Source: Cryomorphaceae bacterium (GTDB lineage Bacteria; Bacteroidota; Bacteroidia; Flavobacteriales; UBA7312). From it: a DNA stretch of 64,000 nt. The notes under the pieces were generated by a model. It had not been told where the DNA came from, did not search any database, and worked only from the letters and a program-made list of their open reading frames with translations. The translations under genes were made by a program, and so were the position numbers. Shown here piece by piece: positions 27,816-38,361 of the stretch (positions are counted from its first letter, which is position 1; each line of letters begins with the position of its first letter). The stretch lies in NCBI GenBank assembly GCA_042091225.1, contig JBELHW010000003.1, forward strand, positions 12,860 to 76,859, written 5' to 3'.

Positions 27816-29086
27816 TGAATAAAATAAAAGAAACTCTAGGAAAATCATTTAAAGTGGTAGCCTTTATATTTTCCACCATCATATGGTCTTTATTTGTGTA
27901 TCTCATAGATGGAGAATGGTTATACTTTGTCCCTCTTATCGTAGGAGACATCTTGTTTTGGGAAACCATTAATTGGCAATTTTGGAAAAAAAGAAAAAAG
28001 ACTAAAAAAATTAAAAGTGGAATAAGAAGTTGGTTTGATGCCGTTTTATTTGCGGTTATAGCAGCAACCATTTTAAGAACTTTTCTCATTGAAGCATACA
28101 CAATACCAACATCTTCAATGGAAAAATCTCTTTTAATTGGAGACTTTTTATTTGTAAGTAAGGTAAGTTACGGACCAAGAGTACCCATAACTCCAATCGC
28201 ATTCCCTTTAGTTCATCATACAATGCCAGGCACAAAAAGCACTAAAGCTTTTTCCGATGTCATACAGCTAGACTATCATAGAATGAAAGGATTTGGAATT
28301 ATTGAAAGAAACGATTGTGTAGTTTTTAATTATCCTGCAGACGATTTAGAACACCCAGAAAGACCGGTAGATAAAAAAGAAAATTATATAAAAAGATGTG
28401 TAGGAATTCCAGGAGATATACTTGAAATTAAAAATACAGACCTATTCGTTAATGGAAAACCACAAGAAATAACTGAAAAAATGAAAAATCAGTTTCGATA
28501 TTTCGTTCAAACAAATGGGAGTAGTTTTAGTCAGAAAACCTTGAGTAAATATGATGTGTTTGAAGGAAAAACTCTTGCAAACAAAGGAGAGTACGAACTT
28601 ATTTTAAGTGATGAAAATCAAAAATCTTTTTCAAATTTTACCTATATCAATAAAGTAGAAAAAATAATCGAACCAGTCGGATTAAGAATAGATAATCAAA
28701 TTTTTCCAAAATCAGAAATATATAAGTGGAATATTGATAATTTAGGACCACTCACAGTGCCTACAAAAGGGACTTCGGTCGACTTAAATTTTGAAAACAT
28801 TGCTTTCTACAAAAGAATTATTGAAGTTTACGAAAAGAATTCCTTAGAAATAAAAGAAGATGGAATATATATAAATGGAAAAGTAGCAAATACTTACACC
28901 TTTAACATGGACTATTATTGGATGATGGGGGATAATCGCCACAATTCATTAGACTCTAGATATTGGGGTTTTGTTCCAGAAGACCACATTGTAGGTAAAG
29001 CTCTATTCATTTGGATGTCATGGGATAAAAATGCAAAAGGAATAAACAAAATTAGATGGAATAGATTGTTTAATGCAATTCACTAA
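27815..29086 (+). CDS. lepB: Signal peptidase I
   Basis: 423 aa. Ser box IPTSSMEKSL, Lys box YIKRCVGIPGD, and GDNRHNSLDSRYWGFVP. Confidence 0.85.
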   Translation: MNKIKETLGKSFKVVAFIFSTIIWSLFVYLIDGEWLYFVPLIVGDILFWETINWQFWKKRKKTKKIKSGIRSWFDAVLFAVIAATILRTFLIEAYTIPTSSMEKSLLIGDFLFVSKVSYGPRVPITPIAFPLVHHTMPGTKSTKAFSDVIQLDYHRMKGFGIIERNDCVVFNYPADDLEHPERPVDKKENYIKRCVGIPGDILEIKNTDLFVNGKPQEITEKMKNQFRYFVQTNGSSFSQKTLSKYDVFEGKTLANKGEYELILSDENQKSFSNFTYINKVEKIIEPVGLRIDNQIFPKSEIYKWNIDNLGPLTVPTKGTSVDLNFENIAFYKRIIEVYEKNSLEIKEDGIYINGKVANTYTFNMDYYWMMGDNRHNSLDSRYWGFVPEDHIVGKALFIWMSWDKNAKGINKIRWNRLFNAIH

Positions 29087-29687
29087 ATTAATACCTACAG
29101 CATATTTTGGACCTTTAAAATACCAAGCACTAATTTCTCAATACGATTGTAATATTGAAAAAAAAGAATTTTTCATCAAGCAAAGTTTACGTACTAGATG
29201 TAATATAAATGGTGCAAACGGAATTATAACGCTCAAAGTTCCTAGAGCTAGAAAGAATAGCAGCAAAACACTAGTTTGTGACATAAAGATAAACTACGAT
29301 CATCCATGGCAAAAAGAACACTGGAAAAGTATTAAAAGCGCCTACCAAAGTTCTCCATTTTTCGAATATTATTGCGATGATTTATTGCCGTTTTTTGAAA
29401 AAAAATACCTCTATTTGTTTGATTTAAATACTGAAATTCAATTGAAACTAATAGAATTAATTGGGATTGACAAAAAAATTAATTTTAGCAAGTCATTTAT
29501 TCCTTATCAAAAAAATGATTGGAGAGCTACTAATTTTCAAAGTTCATCAAAAACAAAACCTTACGAACAAGTTTTTAGTTTAAACAATAAATTTATCTCA
29601 GACTTGAGTATTTTAGATTTACTTTTTAATTTAGGACCAGAAACACATCAATACTTACTAAACACAGATACAAGCTTTAAAATATGA
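29073..29687 (+). CDS. WbqC-like family protein
   Basis: 204 aa. LIPTAYFGPLKYQALI N-terminus and the overall pattern resemble WbqC-type proteins. 14-nt overlap with lepB. Confidence 0.5.
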   Translation: MQFTKLIPTAYFGPLKYQALISQYDCNIEKKEFFIKQSLRTRCNINGANGIITLKVPRARKNSSKTLVCDIKINYDHPWQKEHWKSIKSAYQSSPFFEYYCDDLLPFFEKKYLYLFDLNTEIQLKLIELIGIDKKINFSKSFIPYQKNDWRATNFQSSSKTKPYEQVFSLNNKFISDLSILDLLFNLGPETHQYLLNTDTSFKI

Positions 29688-31312
29688 ATTTAGAATTCAA
29701 TAAAAATGAAGATCAAATGAAACTATTGATTTCAGAAATGAATCAAAAACTTCAAAAAATATATTTAGGTGGTGGCAAAGAAAAAATAGCCAAACAACAT
29801 CAAAAAGGTAAACTAACTGCTAGAGAAAGAATCAATTATTTAATTGATGAGAATTCTAATTTTTTAGAAATAGGTGCTTTTGTTGGAGAAGGTTTGTACA
29901 AAGAACACGGAGGATGTCCATCAGGGGGTGTGATTATAGGTATTGGTTATGTTCAAAAAAAGCAAGTTGTTATTGTAGCAAATGATGCTACCGTAAAAGC
30001 TGGTGCTTGGTTCCCGATAACTGCTAAAAAGAATTTAAGAGCTCAAGAAATCGCAATGGAAAACAAATTACCCATTATTTATTTAGTAGATAGTGCCGGG
30101 GTTTACTTACCACTTCAAGACCAAATCTTTCCTGACAAAGAGCACTTTGGAAGAATTTTTAGAAATAATGCCATAATGTCTTCTATGGGAATTGTACAAA
30201 TTTCTGCGGTAATGGGTTCGTGCGTTGCAGGTGGAGCATATCTGCCAATTATGAGTGATGAAGCACTAATCGTTAACAAAACAGGCACAATTTTCTTAGC
30301 CGGGAGTTATCTTGTAAAAGCCGCGATTGGAGAAGAAATTGATAATGAAACTTTAGGAGGTGCAACATCTCAATGTGAAATTTCTGGAGTTACCGACTAT
30401 AAGGCTAAAGACGATAAAGATTGTCTAGAAAAAATTAAAAAAATTGTTGATAAAATAGGTGATTTTGATAAAGCAGGTTTTAATAGAATTGATCCTGTTC
30501 CACCTAAATTAGATGAAAAAGAATTATTAGGAATATTGTCAGTCAAAAATGATAAACCATACGACAGTAGAGAGGTTATAAAAAGACTTGTAGATGACTC
30601 TGACTTAGAGGAGTATAAAAAAGAATTTGGGAAATCAATCATTTGTGGTTATGCAAGAATTGAAGGCTGGGCAGTTGGCATAGTCGCTAATCAGAGAAAG
30701 TTAGTCAAAAATAAAAAAGGTGAAATGCAATTTGGTGGAGTAATCTATTCTGATTCTGCAGATAAAGCTAGTAGGTTCATTGCAATTTGTAATCAGAAGA
30801 AAATTCCTCTTGTTTTTTTACAAGATGTAACAGGTTTTATGGTAGGTTCTCGTTCCGAACATGGTGGAATTATAAAAGATGGAGCAAAAATGGTAAACAC
30901 CATGAGTAATTCGGTAGTTCCTAAGTTTACTGTTATCATGGGAAACTCCTATGGAGCAGGAAATTATGCAATGTGTGGAAAAGCTTTTGACCCTAGATTA
31001 ATTGTGGCATGGCCTACGGCAAGAATAGCTGTAATGGGTGGAGAACAAGCTTCTAAAGTTTTGGCCCAAATAGAAACTTCTAAATCTAAAAACTCTAAAC
31101 AAAAAAATAAGCAAGAAAAATACGATCAATTGTTAGCTAAAATCAGTCAAAAATATGAGGAACAAACCTCTCCATATTATGCTGCTTCTAGACTATGGAT
31201 TGATGCAATTATAAATCCACTAGAAACAAGAAAAATTATTTCTACTGGAATAGAGGCTGCGAACCATGCTCCAATTGAAAAAAAATATAACCCCGGTGTT
31301 CTTCAAGTATAA
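29684..31312 (+). CDS. Acyl-CoA carboxylase carboxyltransferase (beta) subunit, methylcrotonyl-/propionyl-CoA carboxylase type
   Basis: 542 aa. Two carboxyltransferase halves (ANDATVKAGAW...; FLQDVTGFMVG...). Typical length for this subunit. Confidence 0.85.
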   Translation: MNLEFNKNEDQMKLLISEMNQKLQKIYLGGGKEKIAKQHQKGKLTARERINYLIDENSNFLEIGAFVGEGLYKEHGGCPSGGVIIGIGYVQKKQVVIVANDATVKAGAWFPITAKKNLRAQEIAMENKLPIIYLVDSAGVYLPLQDQIFPDKEHFGRIFRNNAIMSSMGIVQISAVMGSCVAGGAYLPIMSDEALIVNKTGTIFLAGSYLVKAAIGEEIDNETLGGATSQCEISGVTDYKAKDDKDCLEKIKKIVDKIGDFDKAGFNRIDPVPPKLDEKELLGILSVKNDKPYDSREVIKRLVDDSDLEEYKKEFGKSIICGYARIEGWAVGIVANQRKLVKNKKGEMQFGGVIYSDSADKASRFIAICNQKKIPLVFLQDVTGFMVGSRSEHGGIIKDGAKMVNTMSNSVVPKFTVIMGNSYGAGNYAMCGKAFDPRLIVAWPTARIAVMGGEQASKVLAQIETSKSKNSKQKNKQEKYDQLLAKISQKYEEQTSPYYAASRLWIDAIINPLETRKIISTGIEAANHAPIEKKYNPGVLQV

Positions 31313-31363
31313 GCTTTATAAGTATTAGCTTTTAATTATATTTGCCATCTATAAAAAAATAGA

Positions 31364-33307
31364 ATGATTAACATAACACTTCCAGACGGAACGATTAAGA
31401 AAGTAGAAAAAGGAACATCTGCAATGGATGTTGCTAAAGGAATAAGCGAAGGACTAGCAAGAAATGTTTTGGCTTGTGAGGTGAATGGCATGGTTTGGGA
31501 TGCAAACAGAGAATTAGACTCAGATTGTTCCTTAAATCTTTTAACATGGAATAACGACAAAGGAAAAGAAACAATGTGGCATTCTTCAGCTCATTTAATG
31601 GCTGAAGCATTGGAATTTATTTATCCTAATATTAAACTTGCAATAGGACCACCTATAGAAAACGGATTTTATTACGATGTAGATTTAGGAAATGACAGCA
31701 TCTCATCATCTGATTTTCCTAAAATTGAGAAAAAAATGCTTGAATTAGCTCGTCAGAAAAATGAGTTTATTCGAAAAGAAATCTCTAAAAAAGATGCTAA
31801 AGCATATTTCCAACAAAAAAATGATCAATACAAATTAGAGCTAATAGATGGACTAGAAGATGGTAACATTACTTTCTACACTCAAGGAGAATTTACTGAC
31901 TTGTGTAGAGGACCTCATATTCCAAATACATCTTTTATTAAGGCAGTAAAACTTCTAAATATTGCAGGTGCTTACTGGAGAGGAGATGAAAATAATAAAC
32001 AATTAACTCGTATTTACGGGATTACATTTCCCAAACAAAAAGAACTTTCCGAATATTTAGAGCTATTAGAACAAGCTAAATTAAGAGACCACAGAAAACT
32101 AGGTAAAGAATTAGAATTATTTGCTTTTTCTCAAAAAGTAGGTCAAGGATTACCACTTTGGCTTCCTAAAGGAGCAGCATTGAGAGAAAGACTAGAAAAC
32201 TTTTTAAAAGTTGCACAAAAAAAAGCCGGCTACGAGCAAGTGATTACACCACATATAGGAAGCAAAGATCTATATGTATGCTCAGGTCATTATGCAAAAT
32301 ACGGTGCAGATTCATTTCAACCAATACAAACACCAGCGCAAGGAGAAGAGTTTTTATTAAAACCAATGAATTGCCCTCACCACTGCGAAATTTATAAAAC
32401 AAAACCAAGATCATATAAAGACTTACCTATAAGATTTGCAGAATTCGGGACAGTATATAGATACGAACAATCCGGTGAATTACATGGACTTTCAAGAGTT
32501 AGATCGTTTACCCAAGATGATGCCCATATTTTTTGTACCCAAGACCAAGTCAAAGAAGAATTTATAAAGGTAATCGATTTAGTTTTATATATTTTTAAAA
32601 CCCTAAGTTTTGAAGACTTTACCGCTCAAATTTCTTTAAGAGATAAAGAAAAGCCTGAAAAATATATTGGAAATAATGAAAATTGGGACAAAGCAGAAAA
32701 GGGAATTTTGGAAGCAACTAAAGAAAAGGGAATAAAAACAATTATAGAATACGGAGAAGCTGCGTTTTATGGACCTAAACTAGATTTCATGGTTAAAGAT
32801 GCTCTTGGCAGAAAATGGCAACTCGGAACAATTCAAGTAGATTATAATTTACCTGATAGATTTGAACTGGAATACACTGGCTCCGACAATAAAGCGCACA
32901 GACCCGTTATGATACATCGTGCACCATTTGGATCAATGGAAAGATTTGTCTCTGTATTACTCGAACATTGTGCCGGTAACTTCCCTTTATGGCTAACCCC
33001 AAATCAAGTTATTATTCTCCCAATTAGCGAAAAATTTCATGAATACGCTCAAAAGGTTTTAAATATCCTAAATAATTACGATATTCGCGGGCTTATTGAC
33101 GAAAGAGCAGAAAAGGCTGGTCGCAAGATTAGAGATGCTGAAGTTAGTAAAACACCTTACATTATTATTGTTGGAGAAAGAGAAGAAAAAGAAGAAAGCA
33201 TTACAATAAGGAAGCATGGTGGAGAAGATTTAGGAAGTATGAAAACAAACGAATTTATTCGTTTAATTAATGAAGAAATAAATAATTTAATAGGTTTTAA
33301 TAATTAA
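31364..33307 (+). CDS. thrS: Threonine--tRNA ligase
   Basis: 647 aa. N-terminal TGS domain, editing-domain HSSAHLMA, class II core ([19 protein letters not shown]), and C-terminal anticodon-binding domain. Confidence 0.96.
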   Translation: MINITLPDGTIKKVEKGTSAMDVAKGISEGLARNVLACEVNGMVWDANRELDSDCSLNLLTWNNDKGKETMWHSSAHLMAEALEFIYPNIKLAIGPPIENGFYYDVDLGNDSISSSDFPKIEKKMLELARQKNEFIRKEISKKDAKAYFQQKNDQYKLELIDGLEDGNITFYTQGEFTDLCRGPHIPNTSFIKAVKLLNIAGAYWRGDENNKQLTRIYGITFPKQKELSEYLELLEQAKLRDHRKLGKELELFAFSQKVGQGLPLWLPKGAALRERLENFLKVAQKKAGYEQVITPHIGSKDLYVCSGHYAKYGADSFQPIQTPAQGEEFLLKPMNCPHHCEIYKTKPRSYKDLPIRFAEFGTVYRYEQSGELHGLSRVRSFTQDDAHIFCTQDQVKEEFIKVIDLVLYIFKTLSFEDFTAQISLRDKEKPEKYIGNNENWDKAEKGILEATKEKGIKTIIEYGEAAFYGPKLDFMVKDALGRKWQLGTIQVDYNLPDRFELEYTGSDNKAHRPVMIHRAPFGSMERFVSVLLEHCAGNFPLWLTPNQVIILPISEKFHEYAQKVLNILNNYDIRGLIDERAEKAGRKIRDAEVSKTPYIIIVGEREEKEESITIRKHGGEDLGSMKTNEFIRLINEEINNLIGFNN

Positions 33308-33318
33308 TAAGTAAGCTT

Positions 33319-33873
33319 ATCGCAATTAGAAGAAGAAAAAGTAATCATGCAAGAAGAGGACCTAAAGAAGCCGAACATCGCATAAATAATATAATTACAG
33401 CTGTAGAAGTAAGGCTGGTTGGTTCTGATGAACAAGGCATTTACCCTACTGCCAAAGCTTTAGCAATGGCAAAAAGTAAGGAATTAGATCTTGTCGAAAT
33501 TTCCCCGAAAGCTTCTCCTCCAGTATGTAAAATTATTGATTACAAAAAGTTTCTATATGATCAAAAGAAAAAACAAAAGATAATAAAAGCGAATGCTTCT
33601 AAAACCGTAATTAAAGAAATCAGATTCGGCCCTAACACGGAAGAACATGACTTAAACTTTAAAACTAAACATGCTGCTAAATTTTTAGAAGAAGGTTCGA
33701 AAGTAAAAGCTTTCGTATTCTTTAGAGGTAGAAGTATTGTATTTAAAGATTCTGGTGAAATTTTATTGTTAAAATTTGCTCAATCCTTAGAAGATATTGG
33801 TATTGTAGAACAAATGCCAAAACTTGAAGGTAAAAGAATGACTATGTTTATAGCACCAAAAAAGAAAAAATAA
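33319..33873 (+). CDS. infC: Translation initiation factor IF-3, with a non-AUG start (ATC 33319 or ATT 33325)
   Basis: The frame is open from 33304. The conserved IF-3 N-terminus (IAIRRRK...[21 protein letters not shown]) lies upstream of the first ATG at 33466 used by the ORF track. Confidence 0.88.
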   Translation: MAIRRRKSNHARRGPKEAEHRINNIITAVEVRLVGSDEQGIYPTAKALAMAKSKELDLVEISPKASPPVCKIIDYKKFLYDQKKKQKIIKANASKTVIKEIRFGPNTEEHDLNFKTKHAAKFLEEGSKVKAFVFFRGRSIVFKDSGEILLLKFAQSLEDIGIVEQMPKLEGKRMTMFIAPKKKK

Positions 33874-33895
33874 ATCAACTAAACTGCATAACATC

Positions 33896-34093
33896 ATGCC
33901 AAAAATGAAAACCAAATCAAGTGCAAAAAAACGTTTTAAACTAACGGGCACTGGTAAAATTAAAAGAAAACATGCTTTTAAAAGCCATATCTTAACAAAG
34001 AAAGAAACTAAGCAAAAGCGTAACCTGACTAAAACAGGTTTAGTACATGAGTCGGATGTGAAGAACATCAAACAACAAATGTGTCTTAGATAA
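33896..34093 (+). CDS. rpmI: 50S ribosomal protein L35
   Basis: 65 aa. [24 protein letters not shown]. Confidence 0.95.
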   Translation: MPKMKTKSSAKKRFKLTGTGKIKRKHAFKSHILTKKETKQKRNLTKTGLVHESDVKNIKQQMCLR

Positions 34094-34169
34094 TAAATAC
34101 TATTATTAACCAGGTTATGAGCTTAAAGATCTTTTAATAAGGCGCTTCTAACCAAAAACTAATTAAATT

Positions 34170-34517
34170 ATGCCAAGATCAGTAAATGCTGTCGCAGCCA
34201 AAGCTAGAAGAAAAAAAGTAATTGATGCTGCAAAAGGTTATTTTGGAAGAAGAAAAAATGTACATACTGTTGCAAAAAATGCAGTTGAAAAAGCAATGCA
34301 GTATGCTTACATTGGAAGAAAACAAAAGAAAAGAAACTTTCGATCTCTATGGATTGCTAGAATAAACGCTGGTGTTAGAGAACACGGAATGTCTTATTCT
34401 ACTTTTATGGGTGCAATATCAAAATCAGGTATCGAACTTAACAGAAAAGTTCTCGCAGATTTAGCAATGAATCATCCAAATGCGTTCAAAAAAATTATTG
34501 AATCAGTAAAAAAATAA
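34170..34517 (+). CDS. rplT: 50S ribosomal protein L20
   Basis: 115 aa. [17 protein letters not shown]...LWIARINA. Confidence 0.95.
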   Translation: MPRSVNAVAAKARRKKVIDAAKGYFGRRKNVHTVAKNAVEKAMQYAYIGRKQKKRNFRSLWIARINAGVREHGMSYSTFMGAISKSGIELNRKVLADLAMNHPNAFKKIIESVKK

Positions 34518-34540
34518 CTTTTTTTTAAAATTTAATTAAA

Positions 34541-34567
34541 GTCCATCCATTAGGATGGACTTTTTTA
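34541..34567 (+). terminator. Rho-independent terminator of the thrS-infC-rpmI-rplT unit
   Basis: Perfect hairpin GTCCATCC-atta-GGATGGAC followed by TTTTTT. Confidence 0.8.
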
Positions 34568-34598
34568 TTAACTTTGCGCAAAATTAAATAATTATAAT

Positions 34599-34790
34599 AT
34601 GAATACTGGAACAGTAAAATTTTTTAATGGAACTAAAGGATATGGTTTTATTAAAGAGGACGAAACAGATAAAGAGTACTTTGTACACATCTCTGGAGTA
34701 ATCGATGAAATTAGTGAAAATGACAAAGTTACATTTGACTTAGAAGAAGGTCGTAAAGGACTAAACGCTACAAATGTAAGATTAGCATAA
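34599..34790 (+). CDS. Cold-shock domain protein (CspA family)
   Basis: 63 aa. GTVKFFNGTKGYGFI (RNP1) and FVHISG (RNP2). Confidence 0.92.
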   Translation: MNTGTVKFFNGTKGYGFIKEDETDKEYFVHISGVIDEISENDKVTFDLEEGRKGLNATNVRLA

Positions 34791-34810
34791 TAAACTAAAA
34801 CTACAAAAAA

Positions 34811-34840
34811 GGTTCCTTAATTTAAGGAGCCTTTTTTTTT
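34811..34840. terminator. Bidirectional rho-independent terminator between the convergent csp and TPR genes
   Basis: A6 - GGTTCCTTA-attt-AAGGAGCC hairpin (one G-U pair) - T9. It reads as hairpin plus T-run on both strands. Confidence 0.7.
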
Positions 34841-34842
34841 GC

Positions 34843-35835
34843 TTAAATCTTAACCATCTCTAATCTCGCTTCCTTAAAATCAGGATCTAACTCAAGTGTT
34901 TTTCTAAAGTCGAAATTAGCTTTTTTAAATTCTCCTAAAGATTTAAAACATAAGCCCCTACTAAAGAAAGCAGTTGCATAATCAGGTTTTAAATAAATAA
35001 CTTCCGAAAAATAGTTAGCACCATCTAAATAATTCTTTTGTAAAAGAGAAACAAAGCCAAGATTATAATAAGCATTGATATATTTAGAGTCAAATCGTAA
35101 TACAGCTAAATAACAACTTTTTGCTTCTTCTAATTTTTGATTATCCTGGTAATATTTCCCTTTGTTATACAAAACGGTTGTAGAAGTAGAATCAACCATA
35201 AGAGCGTTATTATAATATAACTCAGAAATGCTATCTCCTTTCAGATCATATATATGGCCCAACAAAACATATGCATTAACATAATCGGGATCTTGTTCTA
35301 CTGACGTTTGAAATTGTGATATTGCTTTAGCAGTATCACCCAATTTAAAAAAATTCAAGCCCTTGTAATAATATGCTTCGGCAATATATTTATCTAACTT
35401 TAAAACATTATTTATATCAAATAAAGATTTTTTATGCTTGCTTATATAGTAATATAACTTATACCTTAAGGAAAGATCTTTTAATTCGTTTTTAAGAGTA
35501 ACAATTTCTTTATCTAGTAACAACAACGCCTTTCTGAAATAGTCTATTTTACCTTTCTCACCTAACTGATAATAAACATGCGATAGATTACTTAAATTCT
35601 GGTAATTATTTGAATCTAATTGGTATAAATATTCCAAATCAAGCAAAGCTCCTTCTAAGTTTCCATTTATTAGAAATAGGTCAGCACGTGAATGTAATAA
35701 AGAAGTATCATTAGGATTTTCTAAAATCTTCTCACTTAACAAAGAAATAGACGATCTGAAGTCAGTAACCTTAACATCCTTTTCTTTTTGATTGCAAGCA
35801 ATAAGCAGAAGAAAAACTAAAGATATTATTCTCAT
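34843..35835 (-). CDS. TPR-repeat lipoprotein
   Basis: 330 aa. Signal peptide with LLIACNQ lipobox. Multiple 34-aa TPR-like repeats (AYYNLGF, AEAYYYKGLNFFKLGD and others). Its start overlaps the recA stop by 1 nt. Confidence 0.7.
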   Translation of the reverse strand: MRIISLVFLLLIACNQKEKDVKVTDFRSSISLLSEKILENPNDTSLLHSRADLFLINGNLEGALLDLEYLYQLDSNNYQNLSNLSHVYYQLGEKGKIDYFRKALLLLDKEIVTLKNELKDLSLRYKLYYYISKHKKSLFDINNVLKLDKYIAEAYYYKGLNFFKLGDTAKAISQFQTSVEQDPDYVNAYVLLGHIYDLKGDSISELYYNNALMVDSTSTTVLYNKGKYYQDNQKLEEAKSCYLAVLRFDSKYINAYYNLGFVSLLQKNYLDGANYFSEVIYLKPDYATAFFSRGLCFKSLGEFKKANFDFRKTLELDPDFKEARLEMVKI

Positions 35836-36827
35836 TAAAGAAGCTCTTTTATTTTAACTTCAAGCTGTTCAGAAAGCTCTACATTATCTTCAAGAAGCAA
35901 TTTAACCGCATCTCTTCCCTGTCCTAACTTTTCATCTCCATAACTAAACCAAGAACCACTTTTCTGAACGATATCTAAGTCAACTGCTTTATCTAAAATT
36001 TCACCAACTTTCGAAATTCCTTTTCCATACATTATATCGAACTCTACAAGCTTGAAAGGAGGCGCTACTTTATTTTTGACAACCTTTACTCTTGTCTTGT
36101 TCCCGATTGCACCCTCAGCATCTTTAATAGCAGTACTTCTTCTGACGTCTAATCGAACTGAAGAATAGAACTTAAGTGCATTACCACCAGTTGTAGTTTC
36201 AGGATTTCCAAACATGACCCCAATTTTTTCTCTTAGCTGATTAATAAAAATACAAGTACATCCTGTTTTACTAATAGTACCTGTCAATTTTCTCAATGCT
36301 TTTGACATTAATCTAGCTTGCAATCCTACGGATGTATCTCCCATTTCTCCTTCAATCTCACTTTTTGGAGTTAAAGCTGCAACAGAGTCAACAACTAAAA
36401 TATCTATTGCTCCTGAACGGATTAAATTATCAGCAATTTCTAAAGCCTGTTCGCCATTGTCTGGTTGAGAAATCAGAAGATCATCTACATTAACACCAAG
36501 ATTTTTAGCATAATTTTGATCAAAAGCATGCTCTGCATCTATAAAAGCAGCAATACCACCTTGTTTTTGAGCTTGTGCAATGGCATGAATTGCTAATGTC
36601 GTTTTTCCTGAGGATTCAGGCCCATAAATTTCAATAACTCTACCTCTTGGATAGCCTCCAATACCCAAAGCTATATCTAACCCTAGAGAACCCGATGGAA
36701 TAGAATCTATATTTTCTACTGCCTTGTCTCCTAATCTCATCACTGTACCTTTTCCATACGACTTCTCCATTTTATCAAGAGTAAGTTGTAGGGCCTTTAA
36801 TTTAGCATCTTTTACTTTATCGCTCAT
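35835..36827 (-). CDS. recA: Recombinase RecA
   Basis: 330 aa. Walker [10 protein letters not shown]. Full-length RecA sequence ([14 protein letters not shown] and others). Confidence 0.97.
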   Translation of the reverse strand: MSDKVKDAKLKALQLTLDKMEKSYGKGTVMRLGDKAVENIDSIPSGSLGLDIALGIGGYPRGRVIEIYGPESSGKTTLAIHAIAQAQKQGGIAAFIDAEHAFDQNYAKNLGVNVDDLLISQPDNGEQALEIADNLIRSGAIDILVVDSVAALTPKSEIEGEMGDTSVGLQARLMSKALRKLTGTISKTGCTCIFINQLREKIGVMFGNPETTTGGNALKFYSSVRLDVRRSTAIKDAEGAIGNKTRVKVVKNKVAPPFKLVEFDIMYGKGISKVGEILDKAVDLDIVQKSGSWFSYGDEKLGQGRDAVKLLLEDNVELSEQLEVKIKELL

Positions 36828-36832
36828 AATTC

Positions 36833-37291
36833 TTATTTGTAAGATTCTTGTATTTGTTTTGTATGTTCCTTTGTTTTCACTTTCAGAAAAATCTTTTCAA
36901 CTACACCATTATTAATAACAAAGGTCGTTCTATGAATACCATCATAAACTTTTCCCATGAATTTTTTCTCACCCCAAACACCATAGGCTTTTATCATCTC
37001 TTTTTCTGTATCCGCTAAAAGCTGAAAGGGTAATGAAAATTTATTTATAAATTTTTGGTGCGAAGTTTCACTGTCTGCACTTACTCCAATTACTTCAAAA
37101 CCTTCATTAAGTAAAGAAGAGTAATTGTCTTTTAAATTACAACTCTCAGCAGTACATCCAGGGGTATTGTCTTTAGGATAAAAGAAAATAATTAGCTTTT
37201 TATCAGAGAAATCGGATAACTTTATTACATCTCCAGACTGGTTTGTGATAGCAAAATCTGGAGCAATATCGCCTTCTTTTAAATGTGTCAT
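36833..37291 (-). CDS. bcp: Thioredoxin-dependent peroxiredoxin Bcp
   Basis: 152 aa. [16 protein letters not shown] active-site block. 5 nt upstream of recA. Confidence 0.85.
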   Translation of the reverse strand: MTHLKEGDIAPDFAITNQSGDVIKLSDFSDKKLIIFFYPKDNTPGCTAESCNLKDNYSSLLNEGFEVIGVSADSETSHQKFINKFSLPFQLLADTEKEMIKAYGVWGEKKFMGKVYDGIHRTTFVINNGVVEKIFLKVKTKEHTKQIQESYK

Positions 37292-37368
37292 TTGTTAATT
37301 TTTGTTCTAACAAAATAGCAAAAAAAAGAATGATTTAACAATTATTATCCAACGTAATTATTAACAAA

Positions 37369-38013
37369 TTACGAATTGTTTTTATAATAATTACAAAAGG
37401 ATGTAATGCCACACTTATCACATTTGGGCTTACGTGCCATACACACATATCTCCCATGTAAAATAAGCCAATGATGAGCTATCGCCAACTTTTCTTTTGG
37501 CAAATATTTGACCAATGTCTTTTCTGATTGAAGTGGGTTTTTGGAGTTTCGTGTTAAACCTAATCTATTAGAAACTCTAAATACATGAGTATCTACAGGC
37601 ATTGCCGGAACACCAAACAAAACAGAAACCACAACATTTGCAGTCTTTCTTCCAACACCAGGTAATTTTTGTAAATCAATAATATTATCAGGAATTTCAG
37701 AATTAAAATCTGCAACTAACATCTTAGACATCGCTAATAAATGCTTGGCCTTATTATTAGGATAACTTATACTTCTTATATATTCAAAAATTTCATCCTG
37801 AGAAGAAAGAGACATTGAATAAGCATCCGGAAAACGAGAAAATAATATTGGAGTAACCATATTTACTCTTTTATCAGTACACTGTGCAGAAAGAGCTACG
37901 GCTACCAAAAGCTCAAAAGGAGAGCTATAAGTTAACTCCGTTTCAGCAACAGGCATCTCTTTTTCGAAATAAGAAACAAAAGCAGAATAGCGATCTTTTA
38001 ATTTCATAATCAA
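37369..38013 (-). CDS. nth: Endonuclease III
   Basis: 214 aa. HhH-GPD motif LPGVGRKTANVV. C-terminal 4Fe-4S cluster loop CMARKPKCDKCGITSFC. Confidence 0.9.
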   Translation of the reverse strand: MIMKLKDRYSAFVSYFEKEMPVAETELTYSSPFELLVAVALSAQCTDKRVNMVTPILFSRFPDAYSMSLSSQDEIFEYIRSISYPNNKAKHLLAMSKMLVADFNSEIPDNIIDLQKLPGVGRKTANVVVSVLFGVPAMPVDTHVFRVSNRLGLTRNSKNPLQSEKTLVKYLPKEKLAIAHHWLILHGRYVCMARKPKCDKCGITSFCNYYKNNS

Positions 38014-38019
38014 AGAAAC

Positions 38020-38048
38020 AAAAAAAAGAACTCTGAGAGGTCTTTTTT
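38020..38048 (-). terminator. Rho-independent terminator after the ECF sigma / 88-aa ORF pair
   Basis: On the minus strand, directly after the stop: AGACCTC-tca-GAGTTCT hairpin (one mismatch) followed by T8. Confidence 0.55.
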
Positions 38049-38315
38049 TTAATTTAAAAAGAGATCAAATTTTCCAAAATGTGTTTCACAAATTTGAAAA
38101 GAAGAATTCATTGACTTAATTACTAATTTAGAATAAGTAGAAGGCTCTAGCAACAAAGTAGAGTCAAGGATAGAAATCGTTTCTTGAAGATTTAAAAATT
38201 CTTGAAAAAAAGAAAAATCGCTAATTAATTTACTTTCAAAAAGCAATTTTTCTTCATTTTTCATTTCATTGTAAATATATCTTAAAGAATCATCTTGAGT
38301 AAATGTTTTAAACAT
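38049..38315 (-). CDS. Hypothetical small soluble protein downstream of the ECF sigma factor (possible anti-sigma or partner)
   Basis: 88 aa. No hydrophobic segment and no Cys/His zinc motif. Position is 46 nt downstream of the sigma gene and upstream of a terminator. Confidence 0.4.
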   Translation of the reverse strand: MFKTFTQDDSLRYIYNEMKNEEKLLFESKLISDFSFFQEFLNLQETISILDSTLLLEPSTYSKLVIKSMNSSFQICETHFGKFDLFLN

Positions 38316-38361
38316 ACGAATAGAATTAAAATTTAAACCCTAAACGCAAAGATTTATTACT

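Noticed and set aside
34094-34169. rpmI-rplT spacer, considered as a possible L20-binding regulatory structure
   Set aside because: No convincing stem or pseudoknot could be drawn by eye, and the L20 operator location in this phylum is unknown to me. The question would need comparative RNA analysis.
35685-35692. CACGTGAA core resembling the centre of a parS site (TGTTTCACGTGAAACA), inside the TPR gene
   Set aside because: The flanks (GGTCAG...TGTAAT) do not match the parS arms. No convincing parS was seen by eye in or near parAB, but a proper pattern search is needed.
37292-37313. Inverted repeat TTGTTA-N10-TAACAA immediately upstream of the bcp start codon, and a CGTAAT-N9-ATTACG repeat at the nth stop (about 37348-37368)
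   Set aside because: Six-bp AT-rich arms are expected by chance in a genome of this composition. No similarity to a known operator, and neither hairpin is followed directly by a T-run. They are kept only as a note for the bcp-recA regulation question.
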